DNA of 64,000 nt from Dehalococcoidia bacterium (lineage in GTDB: Bacteria; Chloroflexota; Dehalococcoidia; Lucifugimonadales; UBA3495): NCBI GenBank assembly GCA_965203835.1, contig OZ241919.1:2359101-2423100 (forward strand), read 5' to 3'. Position numbers and translations under genes: made by a program. Shown piece by piece: positions 36,287 through 45,638 of this stretch; positions within the stretch are counted from its first letter, which is position 1; each line of letters starts with the position of its first letter. The notes below the pieces were generated by a model. That model searched no databases. It saw nothing but the letters and a program-made list of their open reading frames with translations, and was not told the origin of the DNA.

Positions 36287-37366
36287 TCAGTCCGGCAGCG
36301 AGACTTTTTCAGTGCTCATCCTGGTGACGCCCCACCCGGCCAGCCACGCCGAATGGCGACCGTCGCCACCGGCGACCACCACCGCCAAGTCCTCGGCCGA
36401 CCGCACTATGGGCACCAGAGTGTCCGGGTTGGTCTCGTCTATCCAGCTTGGCCAGTTGCGGTTGGCGTAGTGGGCCACGTCCTTCAATTGGCGCAACGGC
36501 ATACGGGCGTTCTGGTAAACGAACTCCCTCACGTCGTCCTTGGAGAGTCCGGAAGCGGCTATCTCGGCGGCGTGTTCCGGGCAAAGCACCACTATTATCT
36601 GCACACCCGTGCCCAGTTGATAGTAACTGGGGATGCCCACGGCCTTCATGGTGCCGACGATTGTCTGGAGCACCTCTATGCCAGTGGAGACGGTGGTCTC
36701 CATCACCGGGTAGTTCCCCCGGATTCCGGCCACGGTGACAATGCTGTCGTCGGGACTGAAACCCAGCTCCAGGTGCCTTGGCTCCCATGGGCTGCGGGCC
36801 TCGTTTTCGGCGAAGCAGAAGGTGTACCGGTCCGATGACGCCAGCGTTGCCTTGTCCATGTCGCCCGGAATCAGCCCGCCAACGTTGCGGACCACCAACC
36901 GCAGCGCCCGGCCGATCACCGCATTGGCTTGGTGGCCGGGGCCAAAACACCCGGTGTCGCCGTTGACGCCCAACTGGCGGGCAATGGGGCCGTTCACTAT
37001 CACCACGGGAGCCGCTCCGCCAGTGGTGGAAGATACGCCGGCAAGGTTGAAGTCGTCACGCAGCACGGCCTTTACCGCGGCCACCACTACGGGGAAATGT
37101 TCCGGCCCGCAACCGGCCATGGCGGCGTTGACCGCAACCTTTTCCAGCGTGACCGGCGCATTGCGGGGCTGGATTACCCCCAGGGACTCCGAAGGGTCAC
37201 GGCCGTACAGGCCCAGAACTTCCCGCACCAAGTCCTCCGTAGCGGGGACAACGGGCAACCCGTCGGTCCAGCCTTGTTGGACATAGTAGTCCTGTATGGC
37301 GCGGGGGGAGTTGTTGACCTCCACACGGCGGGACTGGAGGGTTTGTGATTCCGTTTGCTTCCGCAT
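36287..37366 (-). CDS. Conserved hypothetical protein (GWTDGLPVVP motif)
   Basis: 359 aa ORF with clean coding composition. The family was not recognised. Confidence 0.65.
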   Translation of the reverse strand: MRKQTESQTLQSRRVEVNNSPRAIQDYYVQQGWTDGLPVVPATEDLVREVLGLYGRDPSESLGVIQPRNAPVTLEKVAVNAAMAGCGPEHFPVVVAAVKAVLRDDFNLAGVSSTTGGAAPVVIVNGPIARQLGVNGDTGCFGPGHQANAVIGRALRLVVRNVGGLIPGDMDKATLASSDRYTFCFAENEARSPWEPRHLELGFSPDDSIVTVAGIRGNYPVMETTVSTGIEVLQTIVGTMKAVGIPSYYQLGTGVQIIVVLCPEHAAEIAASGLSKDDVREFVYQNARMPLRQLKDVAHYANRNWPSWIDETNPDTLVPIVRSAEDLAVVVAGGDGRHSAWLAGWGVTRMSTEKVSLPD

Positions 37367-37492
37367 GATAGGCCCAGTATAGTAGCTTCACCCTGCCGTC
37401 TCAAGCCACGGACTTGCGGCTATTTCCGCGGAGCGCCCTCGATGCAGCCGATACGGACCATATTCGCCAAGAAGTTATCGGCGAGGTGAATT

Positions 37493-37720
37493 GTGAACTT
37501 AGAAGTCAGCTACGATAAAGAGTTTGATATCTTGAGGATGCTCATTCCCGGACGGCGCATCGCAACGTCAGGTCGGGTCAGCCCGCCTCTGATAATCGAC
37601 TTTGGCAGTGAAGAGGACGGCTTTGATGTAATAGGGTTTGAGCTCAGCCATGCTTCAGAGCACTTGGCGCCGTTCCTCGAATTGCTGACCGAGCAGGCAG
37701 CAAGCGTGGAAAACGTTTAA
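37493..37720 (+). CDS. DUF2283 domain protein
   Basis: GTG start. The pattern VSYDKEFDILRMLI...IIDFGSEEDGFDVIGFELSHAS matches the DUF2283 pattern. Confidence 0.7.
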   Translation: MNLEVSYDKEFDILRMLIPGRRIATSGRVSPPLIIDFGSEEDGFDVIGFELSHASEHLAPFLELLTEQAASVENV

Positions 37721-38023
37721 CGCCGGAATGCTTCCCATCAATTCATCCAGGGGAGGGTTTTCCTTTCCGGCTGGCAATATCCTGATTTTCTGGGCCTCCA
37801 CACGCACGGGAGACCCAACGAGGTTCCTGTGGACGGCCCCGGACACAATGACTCTCTTACCCAGTGCAGCGATAACCTCTTTCTCCAAATGGCTTGGCAA
37901 ATCGCACTGCACTACCTTGCCGGTAACGTCGCGATAAACATTGAACTTGCGGTCGCCTTCGTGCAGGGAAACCAGTTCGAGCGTTCCCTCAACCGAACCG
38001 ACGCTTATATGATGGTCCTCCAC
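37655..38023 (-). CDS. Hypothetical protein, start-coupled to the UGSC gene
   Basis: GTG at 38023 lies 1 nt after the UGSC TAG and behind GGGAGGA. 122 aa. The 3' end overlaps DUF2283 convergently by 66 nt, so the extent is uncertain. Confidence 0.4.
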   Translation of the reverse strand: MEDHHISVGSVEGTLELVSLHEGDRKFNVYRDVTGKVVQCDLPSHLEKEVIAALGKRVIVSGAVHRNLVGSPVRVEAQKIRILPAGKENPPLDELMGSIPALNVFHACCLLGQQFEERRQVL

Positions 38024-38024
38024 C

Positions 38025-38558
38025 CTATCCTCCCGTAAGCAACCCCACAATCTCCGGGGCGTAATCGTGGGCCATTTGCTGCACTTCGGCAACGCTGCGG
38101 ATTGCCAGCGGGCTGGGAAGCGTGACAATGCGGGCGCCGGGCATTCCAAGTATGGCGCAACGGGCTTGGGCGGCCCGTGTAAAGGCGCTGGTTATCACGC
38201 TGACCGACGGCACTCCCTTGGACTCGGTGGCTACTGTGTCGTGGAGACCCCACGTCGTGCAGGACCCTCAATCAGCCACGCCGTGCACCACCACGTCGCA
38301 CTCGTTTATGAGAGAGTCCAGGGTCTCGACGGCGCACGGAGCACTGTAGCTGTACTTGGTGGCGTAGACCACTTTCTTTGCGCCGTACTCACCAATCAAC
38401 ACCTGTTTAAGCTCCTGCAAAAAGGAGTCGGCGTGGTACTTCCGGTTTTCCAGCAGTCCTATGGTCTTGCCTTCCAGCCCCGGCAGGTTCGGGCTCAGAC
38501 CAAGCTCCTCGGGCACGTCCTCCGCGCGGGGGTCCAGTATTTCGATGGTGGAAACCAT
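38025..38558 (-). CDS. UGSC family selenoprotein (Sec encoded by TGA at 38268..38270)
   Basis: Track ORFs 38268..38558 and 38025..38213 share a frame. Read-through gives ...VVVHGVAD-U-GSCTTWGLHD... A SECIS-like hairpin lies directly downstream. Confidence 0.8.
38231..38262 (-). promoter_or_regulatory. Putative bacterial SECIS hairpin
   Basis: Counting from the U of UGA: lower stem +9..+12/+37..+40, upper stem CGUGG/CCACG (+17..+21/+27..+31), apical loop GGUCU at +22..+26. Confidence 0.6.
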
Positions 38559-38813
38559 GTTCGGCGCCTCCTATAACGCTTGGCCCCGGCGGGTTTCCCG
38601 CTCCCGCCTTCGTGGGAGTGACGTTCCTTCGCGGGAAGACGGGAAGGGATGAGGGCAGCCAAGTCGTTAATTAGTGGTGATACGTTATTGTAGACGGGAG
38701 AAAATGTCCAGCATGAGCAGGAGCAGACTGCGCTCTGCAATTCAGGGAAGCAAAAGTCCGGGGCCGGCCGAGGAAGCTCAGGGGTGAAAAACAGGAGCAG
38801 GGTAGGTAGTCGG

Positions 38814-39950
38814 CTACCCTGCCATCTGGAAGAACTTGCCCTCGGTCTTGATGGAGGGGGCGATCACCATTTCGGCCTTGTGGAAGTCCCGGACGGTGTA
38901 AGCGCCGCACATTCCCATGGACACGCGCAACGCGCCAACCAAATTTTGAGTGCCGTCGGTGCGGCTGCTGGGGCCGTACAGAATCTCTTGCAGGGTGCCC
39001 TTGGTGCCCACCTTGATGCGGGTGCCGCGGGGCAATTCCGGATGAGCGTTGGCCATTCCCCAGTTGTAACCGCGGCCTGGCGCCTCTTCCGCTTGGGCAA
39101 AGGGGGTGCCCAGCATCACGCCGTCGGCGCCGCTGGCTATGGCCTTGCAAACGTCCCCGCCGGTGCGCAGTCCTCCATCGGTGATGACGGTGACGTAGCG
39201 GCCGGTGCGGCGGAAATAGTCTTCCCTGGCAGCCGCGCATTCCAAGGTGGCGGTCACTTGGGGTATGCCAACCCCGGTAACCTCGCGGGTGGTGCAGGCC
39301 GCTCCGGGTCCCACGCCGACCAGAATGCCGTCGATGCCGGTCTGCATCAACTCCTGGGCTACTTTATAGGTAACGCAGTTGCCCACCACCACCGGCACCT
39401 TCAGGGCGTCTATCAGTTCGGAGAACACCAGTCCCCGGTAGCTGCGCGACATGTGCCGGGCGGTGGTGACGGTGGACTGGACGACTACGATGTCCGCGCC
39501 GGCCTCCACGGCCACCGGGGACATCCGCTTGGTTGTCTGGGGGGTGAACGAAACGGCGCACACTGCGCCGGACTTGCGGATTTCCTGAACACGCTCACCG
39601 ATCAGATTTTCCTGGATCGGCTCAGAATATACCTGTTGCAAGTGCCCGGTGACCTCCTCCTGGGGCATGGAGGTCAGTTCTTCCAGCACCGAGTAAGGGT
39701 CTTCGTAGCGGGTGTACAAGCCCTCGGCGTTCAACACGCCAAGGCCGCCCATCTGGTGCATCAAGGTTGCAAAGTGGGGTGACACCGTTCCGTCCATCGC
39801 AGACGCAACCACGGGTATATCAAATGACCTGTCACCGATGGTCATCTTGGTCGAGGTCAAGTCCGGGTTGATGGTAACCTCGCCAGGAACGATCGCAACC
39901 TCGTCAAAGCCGTAAGACCTTTCCAACTCTTTGAACAGGCGCCTCGGCAT
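38814..39950 (-). CDS. GuaB3-type IMP dehydrogenase-related protein (no CBS insert)
   Basis: 378 aa TIM-barrel sequence. FDEVAIVPG, VVASAMD, GVGPGAACTTREVTGVGIPQ and ITDGGLRTGGDV are present. Confidence 0.85.
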   Translation of the reverse strand: MPRRLFKELERSYGFDEVAIVPGEVTINPDLTSTKMTIGDRSFDIPVVASAMDGTVSPHFATLMHQMGGLGVLNAEGLYTRYEDPYSVLEELTSMPQEEVTGHLQQVYSEPIQENLIGERVQEIRKSGAVCAVSFTPQTTKRMSPVAVEAGADIVVVQSTVTTARHMSRSYRGLVFSELIDALKVPVVVGNCVTYKVAQELMQTGIDGILVGVGPGAACTTREVTGVGIPQVTATLECAAAREDYFRRTGRYVTVITDGGLRTGGDVCKAIASGADGVMLGTPFAQAEEAPGRGYNWGMANAHPELPRGTRIKVGTKGTLQEILYGPSSRTDGTQNLVGALRVSMGMCGAYTVRDFHKAEMVIAPSIKTEGKFFQMAG

Positions 39951-40107
39951 CCCCTCTTACCTCGACTGAAGTCTTATTTCGTGTTGCAGCAGACTCTATC
40001 AGTAACCCGGCCATTTAGTCAACGGAAATGGACCGGCTCAAATGGTGTGTTTCCGTTCGCCCCACGGGGACCGAATATAATTCGGCAATTCTCAAACAAG
40101 ATGGTGT

Positions 40108-40136
40108 TTGACCCTTGCCAGGTTGTGAAAAATAGT
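40108..40136 (+). promoter_or_regulatory. Putative promoter of the stand-alone 5S rRNA gene
   Basis: TTGACC (40108-40113), 17 nt, AATAGT (40131-40136), about 25 nt before the mature 5S 5' end. Confidence 0.35.
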
Positions 40137-40160
40137 GCATACTTCAATACGACGGTACTT

Positions 40161-40277
40161 CCTGGTGGTTTGAGCGTGGCGGACCCACCCGTTCCCATCC
40201 CGAACACGGTAGTGAAACGCCTCAGCGCCAACGATACTGCCTTGGTAACGGGGTGGGAAAATAGGTCACCGCCGGGG
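40161..40277 (+). rRNA. rrf: 5S ribosomal RNA, not linked to 23S
   Basis: CCTGGTGGT...CACCCGTTCCCATCCCGAACACGGTAGTGAAACGCCTCAGCGCCAACGATACTG...GGGAAAATAGGTCACCGCCGGGG. The conserved loop B/C/E sequences are present and helix I closes between the 5' and 3' ends. Confidence 0.9.
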
Positions 40278-40428
40278 GGTATGTCATAACCGCAACTGAC
40301 ATCCGCTTAAAACCACGGCCTTGGCAGGGAAGTCTACACCACAGATGGAATGCTTGGGCCGGTCTGCCGCCATTTTCCCGACTTCCAGACATTGGCGGTT
40401 ATGTAATTTTAGTAGCGGTTTTGCAACT

Positions 40429-40457
40429 TTACACAATACTTACCCGTAGCCTATAAT
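40429..40457 (+). promoter_or_regulatory. Putative clpC promoter
   Basis: TTACAC, 17 nt, TATAAT (40452-40457). This leaves a roughly 180-nt leader before the ATG at 40644. Confidence 0.4.
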
Positions 40458-40643
40458 CGGCGGATGTTTATTGGCACACCTCGGATTGTTCTGAATCGCA
40501 GGCGGCGGAGCAACAGGACTGATCGACCTTAATGAGGTGTGGAAGAGGTGAGGGCGACCCAGTAATCGTTGCCTCGCCGGGTACTCGCTAAAGACCTACT
40601 GCCGCAATAAAAGGCCCTGAGCTTCATCACCAGGAGCATTGTT

Positions 40644-43130
40644 ATGGGAAGTCGGTTCGAGAAATTCTCTGAGAGAGCCCGCCGGGTTTTATCGTTGGCG
40701 CAGGAGGAAGCCCAGCGATTCAACCACAACTATATAGGGACCGAGCATATTCTGTTGGGCTTGGTGCGAGAAACCGAAGGCGTCGCCGCCCGGGTCCTGT
40801 CCAGCCTGACCGTGGACCTCAGCAAGGTTCGCTCTGCGGTTGAGTTCATCATCGGGCGTGGTGAGAAACCTGCCCAGGGAGAGATAGGCCTGACTCCACG
40901 CGCCAAGAAAGTAGTGGAGTTGGCTGTCGACGAAGCCCGCCGGATGAACCATACCTATATAGGCACCGAACATCTGCTGATTGGCTTGCTCCGTGAAGGA
41001 GAGGGTGTCGCCGCCGGGGTACTGGAAAGCTTGGGAGTCACCCTTGACAAGGTACGAGCGGAGACCCACCGTATTTTGAGCCACAGCGCTGGCACCGGTT
41101 CTCAAGGCTCTCGCACCGCGTCCCGCACTCCCACCCTCGACCAGTTGGGCGTTGACCTGACGGTGGCCGCCAGGGCCGACAAGCTCGACCCGGTTGTGGG
41201 ACGTGACCAGGAAATCGAGCGTGTGATACAGATACTGAGCCGCCGCACCAAGAATAATCCGGTCTTGGTGGGTGAGCCGGGCGTTGGCAAGACCGCCATC
41301 GTGGAGGCCCTGGCCCAGCGCATCGGCGGCGGGGAAGTACCGGAGACCCTGCAAGGCAAGCGGCTTGTCACCTTGGACATGGGAGCCTTGGTGGCGGGGA
41401 CCAAGTACCGCGGTGAATTCGAGGAACGCCTCAAGAAGGTGATCGACGAGATCAAGACGTCCGGCAACTGCGTGTTGTTCATTGACGAAGTGCACACCAT
41501 TGTAGGCGCCGGCGCCGCCGAGGGCGCCGTCGATGCGTCCAACATCCTCAAGCCGTCGCTGGCCAGGGGTGAGCTTCAGTGCATCGGCGCCACCACCCTG
41601 GACGACTACCGCAAGTACGTGGAGAGAGACCCTGCCTTGGAGCGAAGGTTGCAGCCCGTTCGGGTGGAAGAACCCACCAGCGACGAGACCATCCAGATTC
41701 TCCAGGGCGTTAAGGGACGTTATGAAGACCACCATAAGGTGGACTTCACCGACGAAGCTATACGCAACGCTGCCGTACTGGCTGCGCGGTTCATCTCGGA
41801 CCGGTTCCTTCCCGACAAAGCCATAGACCTGATCGATGAGGCTGGCTCCCGTGTTCGCCTGCGGGGCAGCGTCACTCCGGCGTCGGTGAAAGACGCGATG
41901 CAGGTGCTGGAGGAGGTCCGGAAGGAAAAAGACGAGGCCATCGCCTCCCAGCAGTATGAAGCTGCCGCCGAGTTGCGCGACCGTGAGTTGCGCCACAACG
42001 CCGACCTGAACGATCTGGAGAAAGAGTGGCAGGAAGGCCGCGGCAAGGACCGCCCGGTGGTCACTGAAGATGACATAGCGGAAGTGGTAAGCATGTGGAC
42101 CGGCATTCCGGTGACACGGCTTGCCCAGGAAGAGACCGACCGCTTGCTCCGCATGGAGCAGGAAATCCACAAGCGCATCATAGGCCAGGACGAAGCAATC
42201 GTGGGTATCGCCAAGTCGGTGCGAAGAGCCAGGGCGGGCCTGAAGGACCCCCGGCGTCCCATTGGCGTATTCCTGTTCCTGGGCCCCACCGGCGTCGGCA
42301 AGACCGAGTTGGTAAGGGCTATGGCCGAGTTCATGTTCGGCGACGAAGACACAATGATCCGGCTGGACATGTCCGAGTTCCAGGAGCGGCACACGGTGGC
42401 CAGGCTCATCGGCGCGCCTCCGGGTTATGTTGGCTACGACGAGGGCGGCCAGTTGACCGAGGGCGTCCGCAGGAAGAACTACTGCGTGGTGCTGTTGGAC
42501 GAGATAGAGAAGGCCCATCCCGAGGTCTTCAACATCCTCTTGCAGATCTTCGACGCCGGAACTTTGACCGACGCCAGGGGCCGCAAGGTTGACTTCCGGA
42601 ACTCCATCTTGGTGATGACCAGCAACCTTGGGTCTGACCTGATCAAGCGGGAGACCAACCTGGGATTCAGCATCAAGACCGACGATGCCCAGACCGAGGA
42701 GAGTTCCTACCAGCGGATGAAGGACAAGGTCATGGACGAGGTGAGACGCTTCTTCCGTCCCGAGTTCCTCAACCGCATCGACGCTACGGTCGTGTTCCAC
42801 CAGCTTAACCGGGCGGAAATCCTTTCCATCGTCGAGCTTATGATAGGGCAGGTCAGGAAAGAGCTTGACGAGAAGAAGATCGCCCTGGAGATGACCGAGG
42901 CGGCCCAGGAGCACTTGGGAGAAAAGGGGTTCGACCCGGTGATGGGCGCCCGCCCGCTGCGCAGGTTGATCCAGAACGTGGTCGAGGACAATCTGTCGGA
43001 AGAGGTGCTCAGCGGACGCTTGAGCGCCGGAGATACTGCGTTGATCGACGTGGAAGAGGGAGAGATCGTGATTCGCAACAAGGACAAGTACGAGGTGGAG
43101 GTCCCCGCCGAGGCCGCCTCCCCGGCCTAA
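40644..43130 (+). CDS. clpC: ATP-dependent Clp protease ATP-binding subunit ClpC
   Basis: Double Clp_N repeat, two AAA+ modules ([16 protein letters not shown]) and a UVR-like motif [13 protein letters not shown]. Confidence 0.95.
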   Translation: MGSRFEKFSERARRVLSLAQEEAQRFNHNYIGTEHILLGLVRETEGVAARVLSSLTVDLSKVRSAVEFIIGRGEKPAQGEIGLTPRAKKVVELAVDEARRMNHTYIGTEHLLIGLLREGEGVAAGVLESLGVTLDKVRAETHRILSHSAGTGSQGSRTASRTPTLDQLGVDLTVAARADKLDPVVGRDQEIERVIQILSRRTKNNPVLVGEPGVGKTAIVEALAQRIGGGEVPETLQGKRLVTLDMGALVAGTKYRGEFEERLKKVIDEIKTSGNCVLFIDEVHTIVGAGAAEGAVDASNILKPSLARGELQCIGATTLDDYRKYVERDPALERRLQPVRVEEPTSDETIQILQGVKGRYEDHHKVDFTDEAIRNAAVLAARFISDRFLPDKAIDLIDEAGSRVRLRGSVTPASVKDAMQVLEEVRKEKDEAIASQQYEAAAELRDRELRHNADLNDLEKEWQEGRGKDRPVVTEDDIAEVVSMWTGIPVTRLAQEETDRLLRMEQEIHKRIIGQDEAIVGIAKSVRRARAGLKDPRRPIGVFLFLGPTGVGKTELVRAMAEFMFGDEDTMIRLDMSEFQERHTVARLIGAPPGYVGYDEGGQLTEGVRRKNYCVVLLDEIEKAHPEVFNILLQIFDAGTLTDARGRKVDFRNSILVMTSNLGSDLIKRETNLGFSIKTDDAQTEESSYQRMKDKVMDEVRRFFRPEFLNRIDATVVFHQLNRAEILSIVELMIGQVRKELDEKKIALEMTEAAQEHLGEKGFDPVMGARPLRRLIQNVVEDNLSEEVLSGRLSAGDTALIDVEEGEIVIRNKDKYEVEVPAEAASPA

Positions 43131-43165
43131 TCCCCCGGTTTCACCAGTTTAACCAAGGCTACTGA

Positions 43166-43200
43166 CAGAAGGCCCCGCGAGCGCGGGGCCTTCTGTTGTT
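43166..43200 (+). terminator. Rho-independent terminator after clpC
   Basis: 13-bp stem CAGAAGGCCCCGC/GCGGGGCCTTCTG followed by TTGTT. Confidence 0.65.
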
Positions 43201-43232
43201 ATAATTGAGCAACCTGATTGGGAGGTCAACGG

Positions 43233-44627
43233 TTGACGCGCCAAAGAGACCGTTCCCGCACCGTATTTTTCTGTCCAACCTGCGGCTTCGAGAGCCCCAA
43301 GTGGATGGGGTTCTGTCCCTCTCCGTCCTGTGGTTCGGGCCAACCCTTGGTTGAGGGCAACGCCCGCGTCAAGGGGGCGACCTATTCTCCTTGGGTGACT
43401 GCTTCGTCCGCGGACCTTCAGGAATTGTCCGAACTGGACTCCAGTGACGGGCAACGAATAGAGTTGCCTTGCCGGGAGCTTAACCGCGCCCTCGGCGGCG
43501 GTATCGTCCCCGGTTCGGTAGTGTTGCTGGCGGGCGAGCCGGGAGTGGGCAAGTCCACGCTCCTTCTTCAAGTTGCCCAGTACATGTCCGAAGCCGGACA
43601 AACGTCGGTATACGTCGCCGGAGAGGAGTCTCCCCAGCAGATCAAGCTGCGGTCGGAAAGGCTGGGATTTTCCGGGCGAGGCGTGTTGTTGTTGTCGGAA
43701 ACCGACGTAGATTCGGTCATCAACAGGCTCGACGAATGCCGGCCGTCCCTGGTGATCTTCGACTCCATCCAGACCATGTATTGCCCGGACGTAGCCTCCG
43801 CGCCGGGTACGGTGGGGCAGGTTCGAGAGGCGGGATTGCGCCTGATGCGCTGGTCCAAAGCCCGACAAGTGCCGGTGGTCTTGGCGGGGCATGTGACCAA
43901 GGACGGCGCGGTGGCGGGCCCCAGGACACTGGAACACATGGTGGATGTGGTCATATCACTGGAGTCCCAGGAATTCGGTTCCCTCCGCCTGCTGCGATGC
44001 AGCAAGAACCGCTTCGGTTCCACCTACGAGGTGGGCGTGTTCGAGATGTCGGGGCGCGGATTGATAGAAGTCGAGGACCCGTCAAAGGCGATACTGGAGC
44101 AGAGGTATGCTCAAGCTGTGGGCGCGGCTTTGACTCCTGTGCTGGAAGGCACACGCCCGATGGTTCTGGAAGTACAAGCATTGACCTCCCCGTCTCATCT
44201 TCCGGCTCCACGGAGAGTCGCCAACGGCTTGGACTTCAACCGGCTTCTGATGCTGATTGCAGTGGCGGGAAGGCGCGGCGGGTTGGACCTGTCGGGACAG
44301 GACATTATCGTCAACGTCGCCGGGGGATTGAAGGTCAGTGAACCAGCGGCGGACTTGGCTGTTGTTCTTGCCATAGGGTCCAGCCTGCACAATCGTGCGC
44401 TCGACCCGGGACTGGTGGCCTTTGGGGAACTGGGCCTCGGCGGAGAGGTCCGGTCGGTGCCGCAGGCCCAGCGGCGTCTACAGGAGGCCCATCGGCTGGG
44501 CCTTGGGAAAGCCGTTCTCCCGGCGTCGACGCCGGCGGAAGAGACCAACGGAGTGGGTTTGGACTTGTCTTTGGTGCGGACCCTGCGCCAAGCGCTTCAA
44601 GCGGGCCTGGGAGGTCCCCGGCCTTAA
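43233..44627 (+). CDS. radA: DNA repair protein RadA/Sms
   Basis: Zinc finger CPTCGFESPKWMGFCPSPSCGS, Walker A GEPGVGKST, the KNRFG motif and a Lon-like C-terminal domain. TTG at 43233 follows GGGAGG. The track start at 43218 is the alternative. Confidence 0.9.
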   Translation: MTRQRDRSRTVFFCPTCGFESPKWMGFCPSPSCGSGQPLVEGNARVKGATYSPWVTASSADLQELSELDSSDGQRIELPCRELNRALGGGIVPGSVVLLAGEPGVGKSTLLLQVAQYMSEAGQTSVYVAGEESPQQIKLRSERLGFSGRGVLLLSETDVDSVINRLDECRPSLVIFDSIQTMYCPDVASAPGTVGQVREAGLRLMRWSKARQVPVVLAGHVTKDGAVAGPRTLEHMVDVVISLESQEFGSLRLLRCSKNRFGSTYEVGVFEMSGRGLIEVEDPSKAILEQRYAQAVGAALTPVLEGTRPMVLEVQALTSPSHLPAPRRVANGLDFNRLLMLIAVAGRRGGLDLSGQDIIVNVAGGLKVSEPAADLAVVLAIGSSLHNRALDPGLVAFGELGLGGEVRSVPQAQRRLQEAHRLGLGKAVLPASTPAEETNGVGLDLSLVRTLRQALQAGLGGPRP

Positions 44628-45085
44628 CCCCCACCGGCCGCTGCGGTTGACCCGGCGTGGTCCGGCTCGAACTCATGGTCCTCGCACGCCACCCAGCGGG
44701 ACCCGTCCTCGTAGACCTCTTTTTTCCAGATGGGGACCGTTTCCTTCAGCCGGTCCACCGCTTGATGGCAGGCCAGGAATGCCTCTTTGCGATGGGGAGA
44801 CGCCACGGCCACCACCAAGCTGATTTCACCGATGTCCACCCGGCCAATCCGATGGGAGATGGCGATGTCTTCGATTCCGAACTCGGCCATCAACTCTTGA
44901 CGGACTTCCTCCAGCTTCTTCAGCGCCATCTCTTCGAAGGCTTCGTATTCCAGTGTAACCACTCGTTTGCCCTCGAAATTGTCGCGGGTGGTGCCGAGAA
45001 AGGTTACCACCGCGCCGTTAGTGTCCTTTTGCACCAGGGCGGTCACCCTGGCTGGGTCCAGTGGTTGATGGGTGATTTCGATCAT
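44624..45085 (-). CDS. moaE: Molybdopterin synthase catalytic subunit MoaE
   Basis: GAVVTFLGTTRD...SLVVAVASPHRKEAF...PIWKKE. Confidence 0.9.
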   Translation of the reverse strand: MIEITHQPLDPARVTALVQKDTNGAVVTFLGTTRDNFEGKRVVTLEYEAFEEMALKKLEEVRQELMAEFGIEDIAISHRIGRVDIGEISLVVAVASPHRKEAFLACHQAVDRLKETVPIWKKEVYEDGSRWVACEDHEFEPDHAGSTAAAGGG

Positions 45086-45088
45086 GGG

Positions 45089-45334
45089 TTATCCTCCGCT
45101 GACCGGTGGAATCAAACAAACGTCGTCGCCGGGGTGCAGGACAACGTCGGCCTCGGCGTAGTCGGCGTTCACTGCCACCACTATCTTGACTTGAGGCGGC
45201 GCAAGCATCGGGAATTGACGCCTGACCTCCGCGGTCAGGTCCGCGACAGTCGCGCCTTCGGGCATCTCCAGCGTGATGACGCTACGCCCGGCCCGCTCAC
45301 GGTAAAGAGCAAAGAATCTTATGGTTATGTCCAT
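45089..45334 (-). CDS. moaD: Molybdopterin synthase sulfur carrier MoaD
   Basis: 81 aa ubiquitin-like protein ending PPVSGG, immediately upstream of moaE. Confidence 0.85.
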   Translation of the reverse strand: MDITIRFFALYRERAGRSVITLEMPEGATVADLTAEVRRQFPMLAPPQVKIVVAVNADYAEADVVLHPGDDVCLIPPVSGG

Positions 45335-45515
45335 TGCAGTCCCCGGACAGGCGTTATCGGCAAGCTGACGGAGCGCCCGTAAGTCGGGGCGCCGACGGAT
45401 GATAGTGCCAAGGGCGGAAGCGCCGTGGACCTGATAGGCTTACTGGTGACCATATTATCACACAGTCGCAGTGGGATTGACAGAAATGGAGAACAGGTGC
45501 GCTGGCAAACTCGGC

Positions 45516-45544
45516 TTGATACAAGCGGGCGCAATGGATATAAT
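45516..45544 (+). promoter_or_regulatory. Putative promoter of tRNA-Ile
   Basis: TTGATA (45516-45521), 17 nt, TATAAT (45539-45544), 17 nt before the tRNA 5' end. Confidence 0.5.
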
Positions 45545-45561
45545 TCGTAGTACCCCTTCGT

Positions 45562-45638
45562 GGGCCTGTAGCTCAGGCGGCTAGAGCGCGGTCCTGATAA
45601 GACCGAGGTCGATAGTTCGAGTCTATCCAGGCCCACCA
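45562..45638 (+). tRNA. tRNA-Ile (anticodon GAU), CCA encoded
   Basis: GGGCCTG TA GCTC AGGCGGCTA GAGC G CGGTC CTGATAA GACCG AGGTC GATAG TTCGAGT CTATC CAGGCCC A CCA. The cloverleaf folds by hand. Confidence 0.9.

Noticed and set aside
39981-40289. 102-aa ORF on the plus strand
   Set aside because: It overlaps the 5S rRNA gene and its promoter region, so it is spurious.
43218-43232. TTG at 43218 as the radA start
   Set aside because: This TTG is itself part of the GGGAGG Shine-Dalgarno sequence. The TTG at 43233, 7 nt after the RBS, is more plausible. Either start leaves the protein call unchanged.
45335-45480. Possible Moco riboswitch in the moaD leader (minus strand)
   Set aside because: Only a near-hairpin (GCGCCCCG...CGGGCGC) is visible. 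I could not recognise the conserved Moco-motif core by eye, and a covariance-model search would be needed.
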